This document shows positions 27,023 through 39,329 of a stretch of 64,000 nucleotides of DNA, in pieces; the stretch's first letter is position 1; each line of letters opens with the position of its first letter. Under the pieces are notes generated by a model. The model saw only the letters and a list, made by a program, of their open reading frames with translations. It had not been told where the DNA came from and did not search any database. Where the stretch lies: the NCBI GenBank assembly GCA_016716005.1, contig JADJXE010000001.1, positions 2,767,011 to 2,831,010 on the forward strand, in the 5' to 3' direction. Position numbers and translations under genes: made by a program. Source of the DNA: Acidimicrobiales bacterium. Its GTDB lineage: Bacteria > Actinomycetota > Acidimicrobiia > Acidimicrobiales > JADJXE01.

Positions 27023-28411
27023 TCAGCGGCGCCGCCGGCCGGCGATCCAGCGCAGCTTCCCGGCCCGCTCGGAGGCGGCGCCGGTGGCCATCCGCTCGAC
27101 CACCGCGCCGAGGGTGCCGGGCACGTGCGCCAGCGCGGCCACGTCGGTGAGCCTCAGCTGCTGGCGCACGGCCAGGGCCAGCTCGTGGACGAGCTCGCCG
27201 GCCCCGTGCGCCAGGAGGTGGGCGCCCACGAGGCGGTTCCGGCCGGTCACCAGGAGCACGCGCCCGCCGATCGGCCCGGCTCCGGCGGCCGGGGGCACGT
27301 CGTGGCGCCACACCTCGACCGTGTCGCCGTGGCGGGCCTCGGCCTCGGCGACGGTGGCGCCGGCCCGGGCCAGCTCGGGATCGGTGGCGGTGCACCACGC
27401 CACGACGTCGGGCCGCCGGTCGAGCGCGGCCAGGGGCGAGGACGGGAACATCGTCCGCAGGGCCCGCACCGCGCCGTGCGCGGCGGCGTGCGGGGAGGCG
27501 GGGCCGCCCGTCACGTCGCCGGCCGCGAACACCGACGGCACGGCCGTGCGGCCCCGGTCGTCGACGGCCACGCCGTCGGGGCCGACCTCGACGCCGATCT
27601 CCTGCAGGTCGAGCCCCTCCACGTCGGGCCGACGGGTCGTGGCCAGCAGCTCCGCTCCCGACCAGGTGGCGGGCCGCCCGGCGCGCCGCCCCGACAGCAC
27701 CGGCCGGCCACCCACCCGCGTGGCCGCCTGGAGCTGCACGTGGGGCTCCACCGTGACCCCGTCGGCCCGGAGCCGGTCGGTGAGCAGGTCGACCAGCTCG
27801 GGCTCGTCGCCGGGGAGCAGCCGGGCCCCCGCGGCGACCAGGGTGACCTCGACGCCCAGGCGGGCCAGGGCCTGGGCCAGCTCGAGCGCGGGCGGGTCGG
27901 CGCCGGCGACGAGCAGCCGGGCCGGCGGGCGTTCGAGGGCCCAGAGGGCGTCGGGCGTGAGAGCGCCCACCTCGGCCAGGCCGTCGACGTCGGGCAGGGT
28001 GGGCCGGCTGCCGGTGCACACGAGCACCGACTCGGCGGCCAGCACGCGGTCGCCCACGGCCACCTCGTGGGGTCCGGTCAGCCTGGCCCGGCCCCGAACC
28101 AGCTCGATGCCGACCGGCACCCGCCGGTGCGGCTCGGACGCCGCCCGGACCGCCCGCAGGTGCTGCCAGAGCCTGGACAGGTCGGGGTCGGGGTCCATCG
28201 GGGCCAGCCCGACGCGGTCGGCGTGCCGGGCGGCGTGGGCCAGGGCTGCGGCCGCCGTGAGGGCCGCGCCCGCCGCGGTGTCGGCGTGGCCGGCCGCATC
28301 GTCGAGAGGGTCGACGGCCGCGGCCCGGAGCCCGAGCCCCGACGCGAACTCGGCCGCGGCGGTGCCGGCGGCGCCGAGGCCGACGATCACCAGGTCGAGC
28401 GGCGCAGCCAC
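27023..28411 (-). CDS. Dihydrolipoamide dehydrogenase/mercuric reductase-like flavoprotein with degenerate catalytic motifs
   Basis: GLGAAG, CTGSRP and FAAGDV present; the redox CxxxxC motif and canonical NAD-binding GxGxxG are absent. Confidence 0.8.
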   Translation of the reverse strand: MAAPLDLVIVGLGAAGTAAAEFASGLGLRAAAVDPLDDAAGHADTAAGAALTAAAALAHAARHADRVGLAPMDPDPDLSRLWQHLRAVRAASEPHRRVPVGIELVRGRARLTGPHEVAVGDRVLAAESVLVCTGSRPTLPDVDGLAEVGALTPDALWALERPPARLLVAGADPPALELAQALARLGVEVTLVAAGARLLPGDEPELVDLLTDRLRADGVTVEPHVQLQAATRVGGRPVLSGRRAGRPATWSGAELLATTRRPDVEGLDLQEIGVEVGPDGVAVDDRGRTAVPSVFAAGDVTGGPASPHAAAHGAVRALRTMFPSSPLAALDRRPDVVAWCTATDPELARAGATVAEAEARHGDTVEVWRHDVPPAAGAGPIGGRVLLVTGRNRLVGAHLLAHGAGELVHELALAVRQQLRLTDVAALAHVPGTLGAVVERMATGAASERAGKLRWIAGRRRR

Positions 28412-28436
28412 GGGTCCGCCCCGCCGGCAGCGGTGG

Positions 28437-29339
28437 TCAGAGGAGGGCGCGCAGCGCGGCCCGGGTGCGCGCCCGCTCGTCGCCGGTGGCGCCGAACTCC
28501 ACGGCCGCGAAGTCGGTGACGCCGATCTCGGCCAGCCCGGCGATGCGCTCCCCGACCTCGCCCTCGCCGCCGACGACGGCGATGTCGGCCGGGCCGGCCG
28601 CGCCCTCGCGGTCGAGCATGGCCCGGTACGAGGGCAGCTGGCCGTAGATGGCGAACACCTGGGCGGCGCGCTGGCGGGCCCCGGCGGGGTCGTCGGTGAC
28701 GCACACCGGCAGGGCGGCGATCACGCGGGGTGCCGGCCGGCCGGCTGCCTCGGCCGCGACGGTGATGGCGGGCACCGTGTGGGCGGCCAGGGTGGCCGGC
28801 CCCACGCACCAGGTGATCGTGCCGTCGGCCACCGTCCCGGCCAGCGCGAGCAGCTGCGGGCCGAGCGCCGCGATCACCACCGGGAACGGCGTGGCGCCGG
28901 GGACGGCGACCGCGCCGACGCCCTTGATCGTGTCGCCCTCGAACGCGACCGACTCACCCCGCACCAGGGGCAGCAGCACCGAGAGGTACTCGCGCAGGTG
29001 CCGGACCGGCTTGTCGAACGAGTAGCCCCACATGCCTTCCACCACCACCTGGTGCGACAGGCCGATGCCGAGCACCAGGCGTCCGCCGCTGGCCGCCTGG
29101 GTGGTGAGCGCCTGCTGGGCCAGCACCATCGGGTGGCGCGGGTACGTGGGCACCACCGACGTGCCCAGCTCGATGCCGGGAACCTCGCGGCCCACGACCG
29201 CGAGCGCGGTGAGGGCGTCGAGGCCGAAGATCTGCGGCGTCCAGTAGGCGGCGAAGCCGTCGGCGGCCGCCTGGCGGGCGGCGGCGACCATGGCGTCGAG
29301 GCCTCCGCCGTCGTCGCCCCCGAAGATGCCGATCCGCAT
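28437..29339 (-). CDS. LLM-class F420-dependent oxidoreductase
   Basis: WTPQIFGLDAL, GTSVVPTYPRHP, GIGLSH; SD GGAGG before ATG 29339. Confidence 0.92.
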   Translation of the reverse strand: MRIGIFGGDDGGGLDAMVAAARQAAADGFAAYWTPQIFGLDALTALAVVGREVPGIELGTSVVPTYPRHPMVLAQQALTTQAASGGRLVLGIGLSHQVVVEGMWGYSFDKPVRHLREYLSVLLPLVRGESVAFEGDTIKGVGAVAVPGATPFPVVIAALGPQLLALAGTVADGTITWCVGPATLAAHTVPAITVAAEAAGRPAPRVIAALPVCVTDDPAGARQRAAQVFAIYGQLPSYRAMLDREGAAGPADIAVVGGEGEVGERIAGLAEIGVTDFAAVEFGATGDERARTRAALRALL

Positions 29340-29441
29340 GTCGCCCTCCTCCAGGCCGGCCGTACGGCCGGGGGCGAGGGTATCCCGCGGCCGGCGCCGA
29401 ATCCCGGGCAACCCTGCCGTGGAGCCTGGGATCATGGCCGC

Positions 29442-31451
29442 ATGGCCTCGCCCGACGGTCGCGTCCGCACTGCCTGCCCGCTCGACTGCCCCGACACGTG
29501 CAGCCTCGAGGTGCTCGTGGAGGGCGGGCGGCTCGTGCGCGTCGACGCGGCTCCGCCCGGCGCCGACACCAGCCCCCTCACCCAGGGGTTCATCTGCCAG
29601 AAGGTGATGCACCACGCCCGGCGGGTGTACGCGCCCGAGCGGGTGCGGACCCCGCTGGTCCGCACCGGGCCCAAGGGCTCGGGCGAGCTCCGCGCCGCCT
29701 CCTGGGACGAGGCCCTCGACCTGGTGGTGGCCCGGCTGCGCGAGGCCGCCGAGCGCGACGGGCCCGAGTCGGTGGTGCCCTACACGTACAACTCGTCGGG
29801 TGGCGTGCTGGCCCAGGAGGGTCTGGGCGGCCGCTTCTGGCATCGCTTCGGCGCGTCGCTGGTGCAGCACACGATCTGCGCGGCCACCGCGGGGGCCGCC
29901 TGGGCGCTCACGTACGGCGACATGCTCTCGGCCGACCCCCTCGACGTCGTGCACGCCCGCCTGGTGGTGGTGTGGGGGGCCAACCCCACCGTGTCCAACG
30001 TGCACCTCCCGCCCCTGGTGCGCCGGGCCCAGGACGCCGGGGCGCGCCTGGTGGTCGTCGACCCCCGCCGCACCGGCATGGCCCGCCGGGCCGATCTGCA
30101 CCTGGCGGTGCGGCCCGGCACCGACGTCGTCGTCGCCCTGGCTGCGGCCCGCCACCTCGCCCACGAGGGCCTGCTCGACGACGCCTTCCTGGCCGAGCAC
30201 GCCACCGGCGTCGAGGCGTTCCTCGACGCGGCCGAGCCGTGGACGCTCGAGCGGGCATCGGCCGTGGCCGGCGTCGCCGCCGCCGCCATCGCCACCCTCG
30301 CCGAGTGGTACGCGGCCACGCGCCCGGCCATGCTGCGGCTCGGGTGGGGTCTCGAGCGCAACCGCAACGGGGGCGCGGCGGTGCGGGCCGTGCTGGCCCT
30401 CCCGGTGCTGGCCGGCCAGCTCGGCGGGCTCGGCGGGGGGGTGCTGGGCAGCACCGGCCGGGGCTCCCCCTGGGGCCTCGGCCAGCGCGATCCCGGCGTC
30501 GCCCCCGGCCGCCCGCCCCGCCGGCGGCTGAACATGAACCGCCTCGGCGCCGACCTCACCGATCCGGCCCTCGACCCGCCGGTGGCCGTGCTGTTCGTGC
30601 AGGGCGCGAACCCGGCGGTGATGAACCCCGACCAGGGTGCGGTGCTGGCCGGCCTCGCCCGCGACGACCTGTTCACGGTGGTCCACGACCAGGTGCTCAC
30701 CGACACGGCGTGCTTCGCCGACGTCGTGCTGCCGGCCACCACCCACTTCGAGGTCGACGACGCCGCCGACTCCTACGGGGGCTACACCCTCCAGCCGATC
30801 CGGCCGGTGATCGACCGGGTGGGAGAGAGCAGGACGAACGACGAGGTGATCGCCGCGCTGGCGGAGCGGCTGGGCTACCCGGCCGACACGTACGACCCGT
30901 CGCCCCAGCGCCTGCTGCGCGACGGCCTCGGGGGGGCGGCGCCCGGCGACGTGGGCCCCGTGCTGCGGCCCGCCGGCACCACCGTGCAGCTGCGCGACAC
31001 CTTCCCGGGGTTCCCGGACCGCCGGGCCCGCCTCGCCCACCCCGGCCTCGACGGCGTCGACGAGGTGCCCCGCTACCGCGAGCTGCCCGTCGAGCGCACC
31101 GGCCCGTTCCCGCTCACGCTGGTGAGCCCGGCGACGCACCGCACCGTCAACTCCATCTTCGGCGAGGTGCAGCCGGCCGCGGCCGTCGTGGCGCTGCACC
31201 CGGCCGATGCCGCCGCCCGCTCCGTGGCCGACGGCGACCGGGTGCGGGTGTGGAACGACCAGGCCGAGGTGATCCTGTCGGCCCGGGTCGATGCCGACCT
31301 GCGCCCGGGGGTGTGCTCGATCCCGAAGGGCCTGTGGCGGCGCCACGTCGCCGGGGGGCTCACCGCCAACGCCCTCGTGCCCGCCGACGTCTCCGACCTG
31401 GCCGGCGGCGCCTGCTTCAACGACGCGCGGGTCGAGGTGCAGCGGGCCTGA
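29442..31451 (+). CDS. Molybdopterin-dependent oxidoreductase, catalytic subunit
   Basis: N-terminal CPLDCPDTC...FICQK, WGANP, DVVLPATT, LHPADA. Confidence 0.92.
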   Translation: MASPDGRVRTACPLDCPDTCSLEVLVEGGRLVRVDAAPPGADTSPLTQGFICQKVMHHARRVYAPERVRTPLVRTGPKGSGELRAASWDEALDLVVARLREAAERDGPESVVPYTYNSSGGVLAQEGLGGRFWHRFGASLVQHTICAATAGAAWALTYGDMLSADPLDVVHARLVVVWGANPTVSNVHLPPLVRRAQDAGARLVVVDPRRTGMARRADLHLAVRPGTDVVVALAAARHLAHEGLLDDAFLAEHATGVEAFLDAAEPWTLERASAVAGVAAAAIATLAEWYAATRPAMLRLGWGLERNRNGGAAVRAVLALPVLAGQLGGLGGGVLGSTGRGSPWGLGQRDPGVAPGRPPRRRLNMNRLGADLTDPALDPPVAVLFVQGANPAVMNPDQGAVLAGLARDDLFTVVHDQVLTDTACFADVVLPATTHFEVDDAADSYGGYTLQPIRPVIDRVGESRTNDEVIAALAERLGYPADTYDPSPQRLLRDGLGGAAPGDVGPVLRPAGTTVQLRDTFPGFPDRRARLAHPGLDGVDEVPRYRELPVERTGPFPLTLVSPATHRTVNSIFGEVQPAAAVVALHPADAAARSVADGDRVRVWNDQAEVILSARVDADLRPGVCSIPKGLWRRHVAGGLTANALVPADVSDLAGGACFNDARVEVQRA

Positions 31452-31467
31452 CTACCGTTCAGCGGTC

Positions 31468-33375
31468 GTGGGAGCCTACGACGACGTCTACCGCCGGAGC
31501 ATCGACGAGCGCGAGGCCTTCTGGGCGGATGCCGCCCTCGCCGTCGACTGGGTCGACCCGCCGTCGCAGGTGCTCGACACGTCCGACGCGCCGTTCGTCC
31601 GCTGGTTCCCCGACGGTGTCCTGAACACGTGCCACAACGCCCTCGACCGCCACGTGGAGGCGGGCCGCGCCGACCAGCCGGCCCTGATCCACGACAGCCC
31701 CGTCACCGGCACCGTCCGCACCTTCACGTACCGGGAGCTGCGTGACGAGGTGGCCCGCTTCGCCGGCGCCCTGCGCTCGCTGGGCGTGGCGCGCGGCGAC
31801 CGGGTCGTCATCTACCTGCCGATGGTGCCGGAGGCGGCCATCGCCATGCTGGCCTGCGCCCGGCTGGGCGCCGTCCACTCGGTGGTCTTCGGCGGGTTCG
31901 CCCCCCACGAGCTGGCCATCCGCATCGACGACGCCACCCCCAAGGTGGTCGTGTCGGCGTCGTGCGGCATCGAGGTGCAGCGGGTCATCCCCTACAAGCC
32001 CCTGCTCGACCTGGCCATCGCCCAGGCCGAGCACCAGCCGGCGGCCTGCGTGATCCTGCAGCGCGGCGATCTCGGGCTGGGCGCCCCGGACGCCGAGCTG
32101 ATCGACGGTCGCGACGTCGACTGGCACGAGCTGGTGGCGTCGGCCGATCCGGCGCCGTGCGTGCCCGTGGCCGCCACCGACCCGCTGTACATCCTGTACA
32201 CCAGCGGGACCACGGGCCGGCCCAAGGGCGTGGTGCGCGACAACGGCGGCCATGCGGTGGCCCTCCGGTGGAGCCTCCCCAACGTGTACGACGTGCACCC
32301 GGGCGACGTGTTCTGGGCCGCGTCCGACGTGGGATGGGTCGTCGGCCACAGCTACATCGTCTACGCGCCCCTCCTCACCGGCTGCACCACCGTGCTGTAC
32401 GAGGGCAAGCCGGTCGGCACGCCCGACCCCGGCGCCTTCTGGCGGGTGATCGCCGAGCACGGGGTGAAGACGCTGTTCACCGCACCCACCGCGTTCCGGG
32501 CCATCAAGAAGGAGGACCCGACCGGCCAGCACCTGCGCCGCCACGACCTGTCGAGGTTCGAGGCGCTGTTCCTGGCGGGCGAGCGCCTCGACACCGACAC
32601 GTACCACTGGGCCGCCGGGCTGCTGGGCGTCCCGGTCGTCGACCACTGGTGGCAGACCGAGACCGGCTGGCCCATCGCCGCCGACTGCCTCGGCATCGAG
32701 CGGCTGCCGGTGAAGCCGGGCTCGCCCACCAAGCCGGTGCCCGGCTACGAGGTGGTGATCCTCGACCCCGACGGTCGCGAGCTGCCGGCGGGCGCCGAGG
32801 GGGCGGTGGCCCTGCGGCTGCCGCTGCCGCCCGGCACGCTGCCCACGCTGTGGCACGACGACGAGCGGTTCGTGGCGTCGTACCTGAGCGCCCATCCCGG
32901 CTTCTACGTCACCGGCGACGGCGGCTCGATCGACGCCGACGGCTACCTGTTCGTGATGGGCCGCATCGACGACGTGATCAACGTGGCCGGCCATCGCCTC
33001 TCCACCGGTGCGATGGAGGAGGTGATCGCGACCCACGCCGACGTGGCCGAGTGCGCGGTGATCGGGGCGGCCGACGACCTCAAGGGTCAGGTGCCGGTGG
33101 GGCTCGTGGTGCTGAAGGCCGGGGCCGACCGCGAGCCGGCCGAGGTGGAGGCCGAGCTGGTGCGGCTGGTGCGGGAGCAGATCGGTGCGGTCGCCAGCTT
33201 CAAGCAGGCGTCGGTGGTGGCCCGCCTGCCCAAGACCCGCTCGGGGAAGATCCTGCGCGCGACCATGCGAGCCATCGCCGACGGGCGCGCCTACCAGGTG
33301 CCCTCGACCATCGACGATCCCGTCGTCCTGGACGAGATCGGTGCGGCCCTCGACGACCGGCGACGGCGGGGCTGA
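31468..33375 (+). CDS. prpE: Propionyl-CoA synthetase (acetate/propionate-CoA ligase)
   Basis: YTSGTTGRPKGVVRDNGG, DHWWQTETG, LPKTRSGKILR. Confidence 0.88.
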   Translation: MGAYDDVYRRSIDEREAFWADAALAVDWVDPPSQVLDTSDAPFVRWFPDGVLNTCHNALDRHVEAGRADQPALIHDSPVTGTVRTFTYRELRDEVARFAGALRSLGVARGDRVVIYLPMVPEAAIAMLACARLGAVHSVVFGGFAPHELAIRIDDATPKVVVSASCGIEVQRVIPYKPLLDLAIAQAEHQPAACVILQRGDLGLGAPDAELIDGRDVDWHELVASADPAPCVPVAATDPLYILYTSGTTGRPKGVVRDNGGHAVALRWSLPNVYDVHPGDVFWAASDVGWVVGHSYIVYAPLLTGCTTVLYEGKPVGTPDPGAFWRVIAEHGVKTLFTAPTAFRAIKKEDPTGQHLRRHDLSRFEALFLAGERLDTDTYHWAAGLLGVPVVDHWWQTETGWPIAADCLGIERLPVKPGSPTKPVPGYEVVILDPDGRELPAGAEGAVALRLPLPPGTLPTLWHDDERFVASYLSAHPGFYVTGDGGSIDADGYLFVMGRIDDVINVAGHRLSTGAMEEVIATHADVAECAVIGAADDLKGQVPVGLVVLKAGADREPAEVEAELVRLVREQIGAVASFKQASVVARLPKTRSGKILRATMRAIADGRAYQVPSTIDDPVVLDEIGAALDDRRRRG

Positions 33376-33399
33376 CGCCGGCCGCGCCACCATGGTGGG

Positions 33400-34092
33400 G
33401 TGATCGTGGGCCTGGCTTTGGTGCTCGCCCTGCTGGCCGGGCCGGCCGCGGTGCCGGTGCCGGTGCCGGTGCAGGTGTCCGCGCCCGCGGCCGTGCCCCG
33501 GGCCGTGCCCCCGGCGCGCCCCCCCGCCGTGCGCACGGCCGACGCCCGGCTGGTGCTGGTGGGCGATTCGGTGACGGAGATGCTGGGGCCGGGCCACACC
33601 GACACCGCCCGCCAGGTGCTGGGTGCCGCTGGCTGGTCCGTGGTCGTCGACACCCTCGTCGGGCGGTCGATCGGGCACGGGGCGTCGACGCTGCGGGCCC
33701 GGTGGGGCGAGGTGGGCGACGTCGTGGTGGTGCAGCTGGGCGCCAACGACGGCGGCGACGCCGGGGTGCTCGCCCAGCGCCTCGGTGCGCTGGTGGCCGG
33801 GCTCGACGGGGTCGAGCGGGTCGTGCTGGTGGGCTACCCCGAGGACGACCCCGACCGGGCCGCCGTGAACGCCGCGATCCTGGACGTGGCCCTGCGCGAC
33901 CCCCGGGTGGTGATCGCCGACTGGCGGGCCGTGGCGGCGCGGAACCCCGGCCTGGTGGCCGGGGACGGGCTGCACCTCACCCCGGCCGGCGCCCGCGCCC
34001 TGGCCCGCGTGATCCTGCTGGCCGTCGGCCCTGCGCCCGGCACGGCGGCGCCGCGAGGGGCGGCGCGCGGCCCTACGGCGCGAGCCCGCTGA
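33400..34092 (+). CDS. Secreted SGNH/GDSL-hydrolase-like protein
   Basis: Signal peptide, GDSV, LGAND, DGLH. Confidence 0.8.
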   Translation: MIVGLALVLALLAGPAAVPVPVPVQVSAPAAVPRAVPPARPPAVRTADARLVLVGDSVTEMLGPGHTDTARQVLGAAGWSVVVDTLVGRSIGHGASTLRARWGEVGDVVVVQLGANDGGDAGVLAQRLGALVAGLDGVERVVLVGYPEDDPDRAAVNAAILDVALRDPRVVIADWRAVAARNPGLVAGDGLHLTPAGARALARVILLAVGPAPGTAAPRGAARGPTARAR

Positions 34093-34549
34093 AGGGCGCC
34101 GAGGGCAGGTTGCGGGCCACCCAGAACGCGGCCGTGACGACGAGCAGCCCGGCCAGCACCGACCGGGGCAGGCGCTCGAGGCGGGGGAGCCGGGGCCCGC
34201 CCACGCTGCGCAGCGCGTAGGCGACCCACACGTACACCAGCACCGGGACGGCCAGCACCCACAGCACGTTGAGGCCGGCGGCCTCGCCCAGGTGGCCCCG
34301 GGTGAGGGCGTGGGTGGCGCGCAGGGTGCCGCAGCCGGGGCACCACCACCCCGTCACGGCGTGGAACGGGCAGGCCGGGAAGCCGCCGTCGTTGGGGTCG
34401 ACGCCGGCCAGCAGGGCGCAGCCGGCCAGCGCCCCCGCGGCCACCGCGGCCGGGCCGGTCCACGCCGGGAGCTGCCGCCGGCCCGCCGGGTGGGCGTGAT
34501 CGTGGGCGGTGTCGACCCGGTGATCGGAGGTGGCCCCGGCCGGCAGCAC
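34073..34549 (-). CDS. DUF2752 family membrane protein
   Basis: CPFHAVTGWWCPGCGTLRA motif. Start uncertain. Confidence 0.82.
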   Translation of the reverse strand: MLPAGATSDHRVDTAHDHAHPAGRRQLPAWTGPAAVAAGALAGCALLAGVDPNDGGFPACPFHAVTGWWCPGCGTLRATHALTRGHLGEAAGLNVLWVLAVPVLVYVWVAYALRSVGGPRLPRLERLPRSVLAGLLVVTAAFWVARNLPSAPFSGLAP

Positions 34550-34666
34550 GGGTGCAGTCTCGCATGCCGTCGCCGTCGCCGGTGCTGCGCGCGGGGACCC
34601 GGCGCCGCGCCGGTCGCGGCCACGGCCTAACCTCCGGCCGCGCCGCCATGTCCAGGGGGAGGACGC

Positions 34667-36211
34667 ATGAAGGTTCCGCTCACGGTCGCCGACCACCTCC
34701 GCCGGGCCGAGCTCGTCTACGGCGACCGCGTCGGCATCGTCGACGAGCCCGACCAGCCGGCGGTGCCGCTGGGCGCGGCCGAGCCGCTCACGTGGCGGCG
34801 GGTGGCCGAGCTGGCGCGGGCCCAGGCGGCCGGCCTCGACGCCCTCGGCGTCGGCCCCGGCGAACGGGTCGCGGTCGTGAGCCACAACGCCGCCCGGCTC
34901 CTCGTGGGCTTGTTCGGGGTGAGCGCGTTCGGGCGGATCATCGTGCCCGTGAACTTCCGCCTGAACGCCGAGGAGGTGGCGTACATCCTCGAGCACTCGG
35001 GCGCATCGGTGCTGCTGGTCGACCCGGAGCTCGACGAGCAGCTCGCAGGGGTGACCGCACCGCACCGCTTCGTGATCGGGGCCGAGAGCGACGAGGTGCT
35101 GTACCGAACCGGCGCCGAACCCGTGCCGTGGGAGCCCGACGAGGACGCCACCGCGTCGATCAACTACACCAGCGGCACGACGGCACGGCCCAAGGGCGTG
35201 CAGCTCACGCACCGCAACCTCTGGGTCAACGCGGCCACGTTCGGCTGGCAGCTGGGCGTGAGCGACCGCGACGTCTACCTCCACACCCTCCCCATGTTCC
35301 ACTGCAACGGCTGGGGCATGCCGTACGCGGTCACCGGCATGGGCGGCACCCACGTGGTGCTGCGCAAGGTCGACGGCGCCGAGATCCTGCGGCGGGTCGA
35401 CGGGCACGGGGTGACGCTGCTGTGCGGCGCGCCTGCCGTCGCGGCCATGGTCCTCGACGCCGCCGCCACCTGGGACGGCCCGATCCCCGGTCGTGACCGG
35501 GTGCGCATGGTGGTGGCCGGCGCCCCGCCCCCCACGCGCACCATCGAGCGCGTCGAGACGGAGCTGGGCTGGGAGTTCGTGCAGATCTACGGGCTCACCG
35601 AGACCGCGCCCCTGCTCACCATGAACCGCGGCCGGGCCGAGTACGACGGCCTCGGCTCGGCCGAGCGGGCCGCCCGGTTGGGGCGCACCGGCGCGCCGGC
35701 ACTCGGGGTGGAGCTCGAGATCGACGCCCAGGGCGAGGTGCTGGCCCGGTCGAACGTGGTCATGGACGGCTACTGGCAGCAGCCCGAGGCCACCGCCGAC
35801 GCCATCGTCGACGGCTGGTTCCACACCGGCGACGGCGGCTACCTCGACGACGACCACTACCTGACGATCTCCGACCGCAAGAAGGACGTGATCATCTCCG
35901 GGGGGGAGAACGTCTCCTCCATCGAGGTGGAGGACTGCCTGTTCTCGCACCCGGCCGTGGCCGAGGTGGCCGTGATCGGCGTGCCCGACGAGAGGTGGGG
36001 GGAGACGGTCAAGGCGCTGGTCGTGCTGCAGCCGGGCGCCGAGGCCACCGAGGACGAGCTGATCGCCCACTGCCGCGAGCACCTCGCGCACTACAAGTGC
36101 CCGACCTCGGTGGAGCTGCGCGACGGGCTGGCCCGAACGGCCACCGGGAAGCTCCAGAAGTTCAGGCTGCGGGCTCCCTACTGGGAGGGCCGCAGCCGGC
36201 AGGTGGGCTGA
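34667..36211 (+). CDS. AMP-binding acyl-CoA synthetase
   Basis: YTSGTTARPKG, YGLTE, FHTGD, TGKLQK. Confidence 0.93.
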   Translation: MKVPLTVADHLRRAELVYGDRVGIVDEPDQPAVPLGAAEPLTWRRVAELARAQAAGLDALGVGPGERVAVVSHNAARLLVGLFGVSAFGRIIVPVNFRLNAEEVAYILEHSGASVLLVDPELDEQLAGVTAPHRFVIGAESDEVLYRTGAEPVPWEPDEDATASINYTSGTTARPKGVQLTHRNLWVNAATFGWQLGVSDRDVYLHTLPMFHCNGWGMPYAVTGMGGTHVVLRKVDGAEILRRVDGHGVTLLCGAPAVAAMVLDAAATWDGPIPGRDRVRMVVAGAPPPTRTIERVETELGWEFVQIYGLTETAPLLTMNRGRAEYDGLGSAERAARLGRTGAPALGVELEIDAQGEVLARSNVVMDGYWQQPEATADAIVDGWFHTGDGGYLDDDHYLTISDRKKDVIISGGENVSSIEVEDCLFSHPAVAEVAVIGVPDERWGETVKALVVLQPGAEATEDELIAHCREHLAHYKCPTSVELRDGLARTATGKLQKFRLRAPYWEGRSRQVG

Positions 36212-36214
36212 CGA

Positions 36215-37858
<1,644 letters not shown>

Positions 37859-37936
37859 GGCGGCGAGGGTACGCCCACGTCCGCGACGTGCCAAAGCGCA
37901 GGCGCGTCGGAGGGCTGGTGCCCCTACCGTGAGGTC

Positions 37937-39319
37937 ATGACGCAGCACCGGATCGAGCGGGACTCGCTGGGCGAGGTGCGGGTGCCGGCCCACGCCAAGT
38001 GGTCGGCCCAGACCCAGCGGGCCGTGGAGAACTTCCCCATCTCCGGGTACCGCAAGGGCCGCGGGCTCATCGCCGCCCTCGCCGCCGTCAAGGGCGCCGC
38101 GGCCGCGGTCAACGCCCGGTCGGGGGTGATCGCCCCCGACGTGGGCGCAGCCATCGCCGAGGCCGCCCGGGAGGTCGTCGCCGGGCGCTGGGACGACGAG
38201 TTCCCGGTCGACGTCTTCCAGACCGGCTCGGGCACCTCGTCGAACATGAACGCCAACGAGGTGCTCGCCACGCTGGCGTCGGAGCGCCTCGGGCGCCCGG
38301 TCCACCCCAACGACGAGGTGAACGCCTCGCAGTCGTCGAACGACGTGTACCCCTCGGCGATCCACGTCGCCGCCGTCCGTGGCCTGGTGCACGATCTGAT
38401 CCCCGCGCTCGAGCACCTGGCCGGTGCCCTCCGCGAACGCCAGGCCGCGTTCGCCGGGGTGGTGAAGGCCGGCCGCACCCACCTGATGGACGCCGTCCCC
38501 GTCACCCTCGGCCAGGAGCTGGGGGGCTATGCCCGCGCCGTCGAGCTGGGCGTCGAGCGCCTCCGGGCCTGCCTGCCCCGGCTCGGCGAGTTGCCGCTCG
38601 GCGGCACGGCGGTCGGCACCGGGCTGAACTGCCCGCCGGGGTTCGCGGCGGCCGTGATCGATGCGGTCGCCGCGTCCCTGGACGTGCCGCTCCGCGAGGC
38701 CCAGGACCACTTCGAGGCCCAGGGTGCGCGCGATGCGCTGGTCGAGGCCAGCGGGGCGTGCCGCACCGTGGCGGTGTCGCTCACCAAGATCGCCAACGAC
38801 CTCCGGTGGATGGCGTCGGGCCCACGGGCCGGCCTGGCCGAGATCCGCCTGCCGTCGCTGCAGCCGGGCAGCTCGATCATGCCGGGCAAGGTGAACCCGG
38901 TGCTCCCCGAGGCCGTCGTGCAGGTGGCCTGCCAGGTGATCGGCAACGACGCGGCCGTGGCCTGGGGGGGCGCCGCCGGGAACCTGGAGCTGAACGTGAT
39001 GCTCCCCGTGATGGGGCGCAACCTGCTCGAGTCGATCCGGCTGCTGGCGGCCGTGTCGCGCCTGTTCGCCGACCGGTGCGTGTCGGGCATCGAGGCCGAC
39101 GTGGAGACCTGCCGGCGCTACGCCCTGTCGTCGCCCGCCCTCGTCACGGCCCTCAACCCGGCCATCGGCTACGAGGCGGCCGCGTCGGTGGTGCAGCAGT
39201 CGCTCCGCGAGGGCCGGACGGTGCGCGAGGTGGTGCTGGATCGAGGGCTGCTCACCGAGGACGAGGTCGATCGCGCCCTCGACGTGCTGGGGATGACCCG
39301 GGGCGGGCTGCTGGCCTGA
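37937..39319 (+). CDS. fumC: Class II fumarate hydratase
   Basis: [30 protein letters not shown]. Confidence 0.95.
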   Translation: MTQHRIERDSLGEVRVPAHAKWSAQTQRAVENFPISGYRKGRGLIAALAAVKGAAAAVNARSGVIAPDVGAAIAEAAREVVAGRWDDEFPVDVFQTGSGTSSNMNANEVLATLASERLGRPVHPNDEVNASQSSNDVYPSAIHVAAVRGLVHDLIPALEHLAGALRERQAAFAGVVKAGRTHLMDAVPVTLGQELGGYARAVELGVERLRACLPRLGELPLGGTAVGTGLNCPPGFAAAVIDAVAASLDVPLREAQDHFEAQGARDALVEASGACRTVAVSLTKIANDLRWMASGPRAGLAEIRLPSLQPGSSIMPGKVNPVLPEAVVQVACQVIGNDAAVAWGGAAGNLELNVMLPVMGRNLLESIRLLAAVSRLFADRCVSGIEADVETCRRYALSSPALVTALNPAIGYEAAASVVQQSLREGRTVREVVLDRGLLTEDEVDRALDVLGMTRGGLLA

Positions 39320-39329
39320 GGTGCCGGGC

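Noticed and set aside
26958-31451. 1497-aa plus-strand ORF
   Set aside because: Only the part from 29442 is a real molybdopterin enzyme; the rest is a shadow of minus-strand genes.
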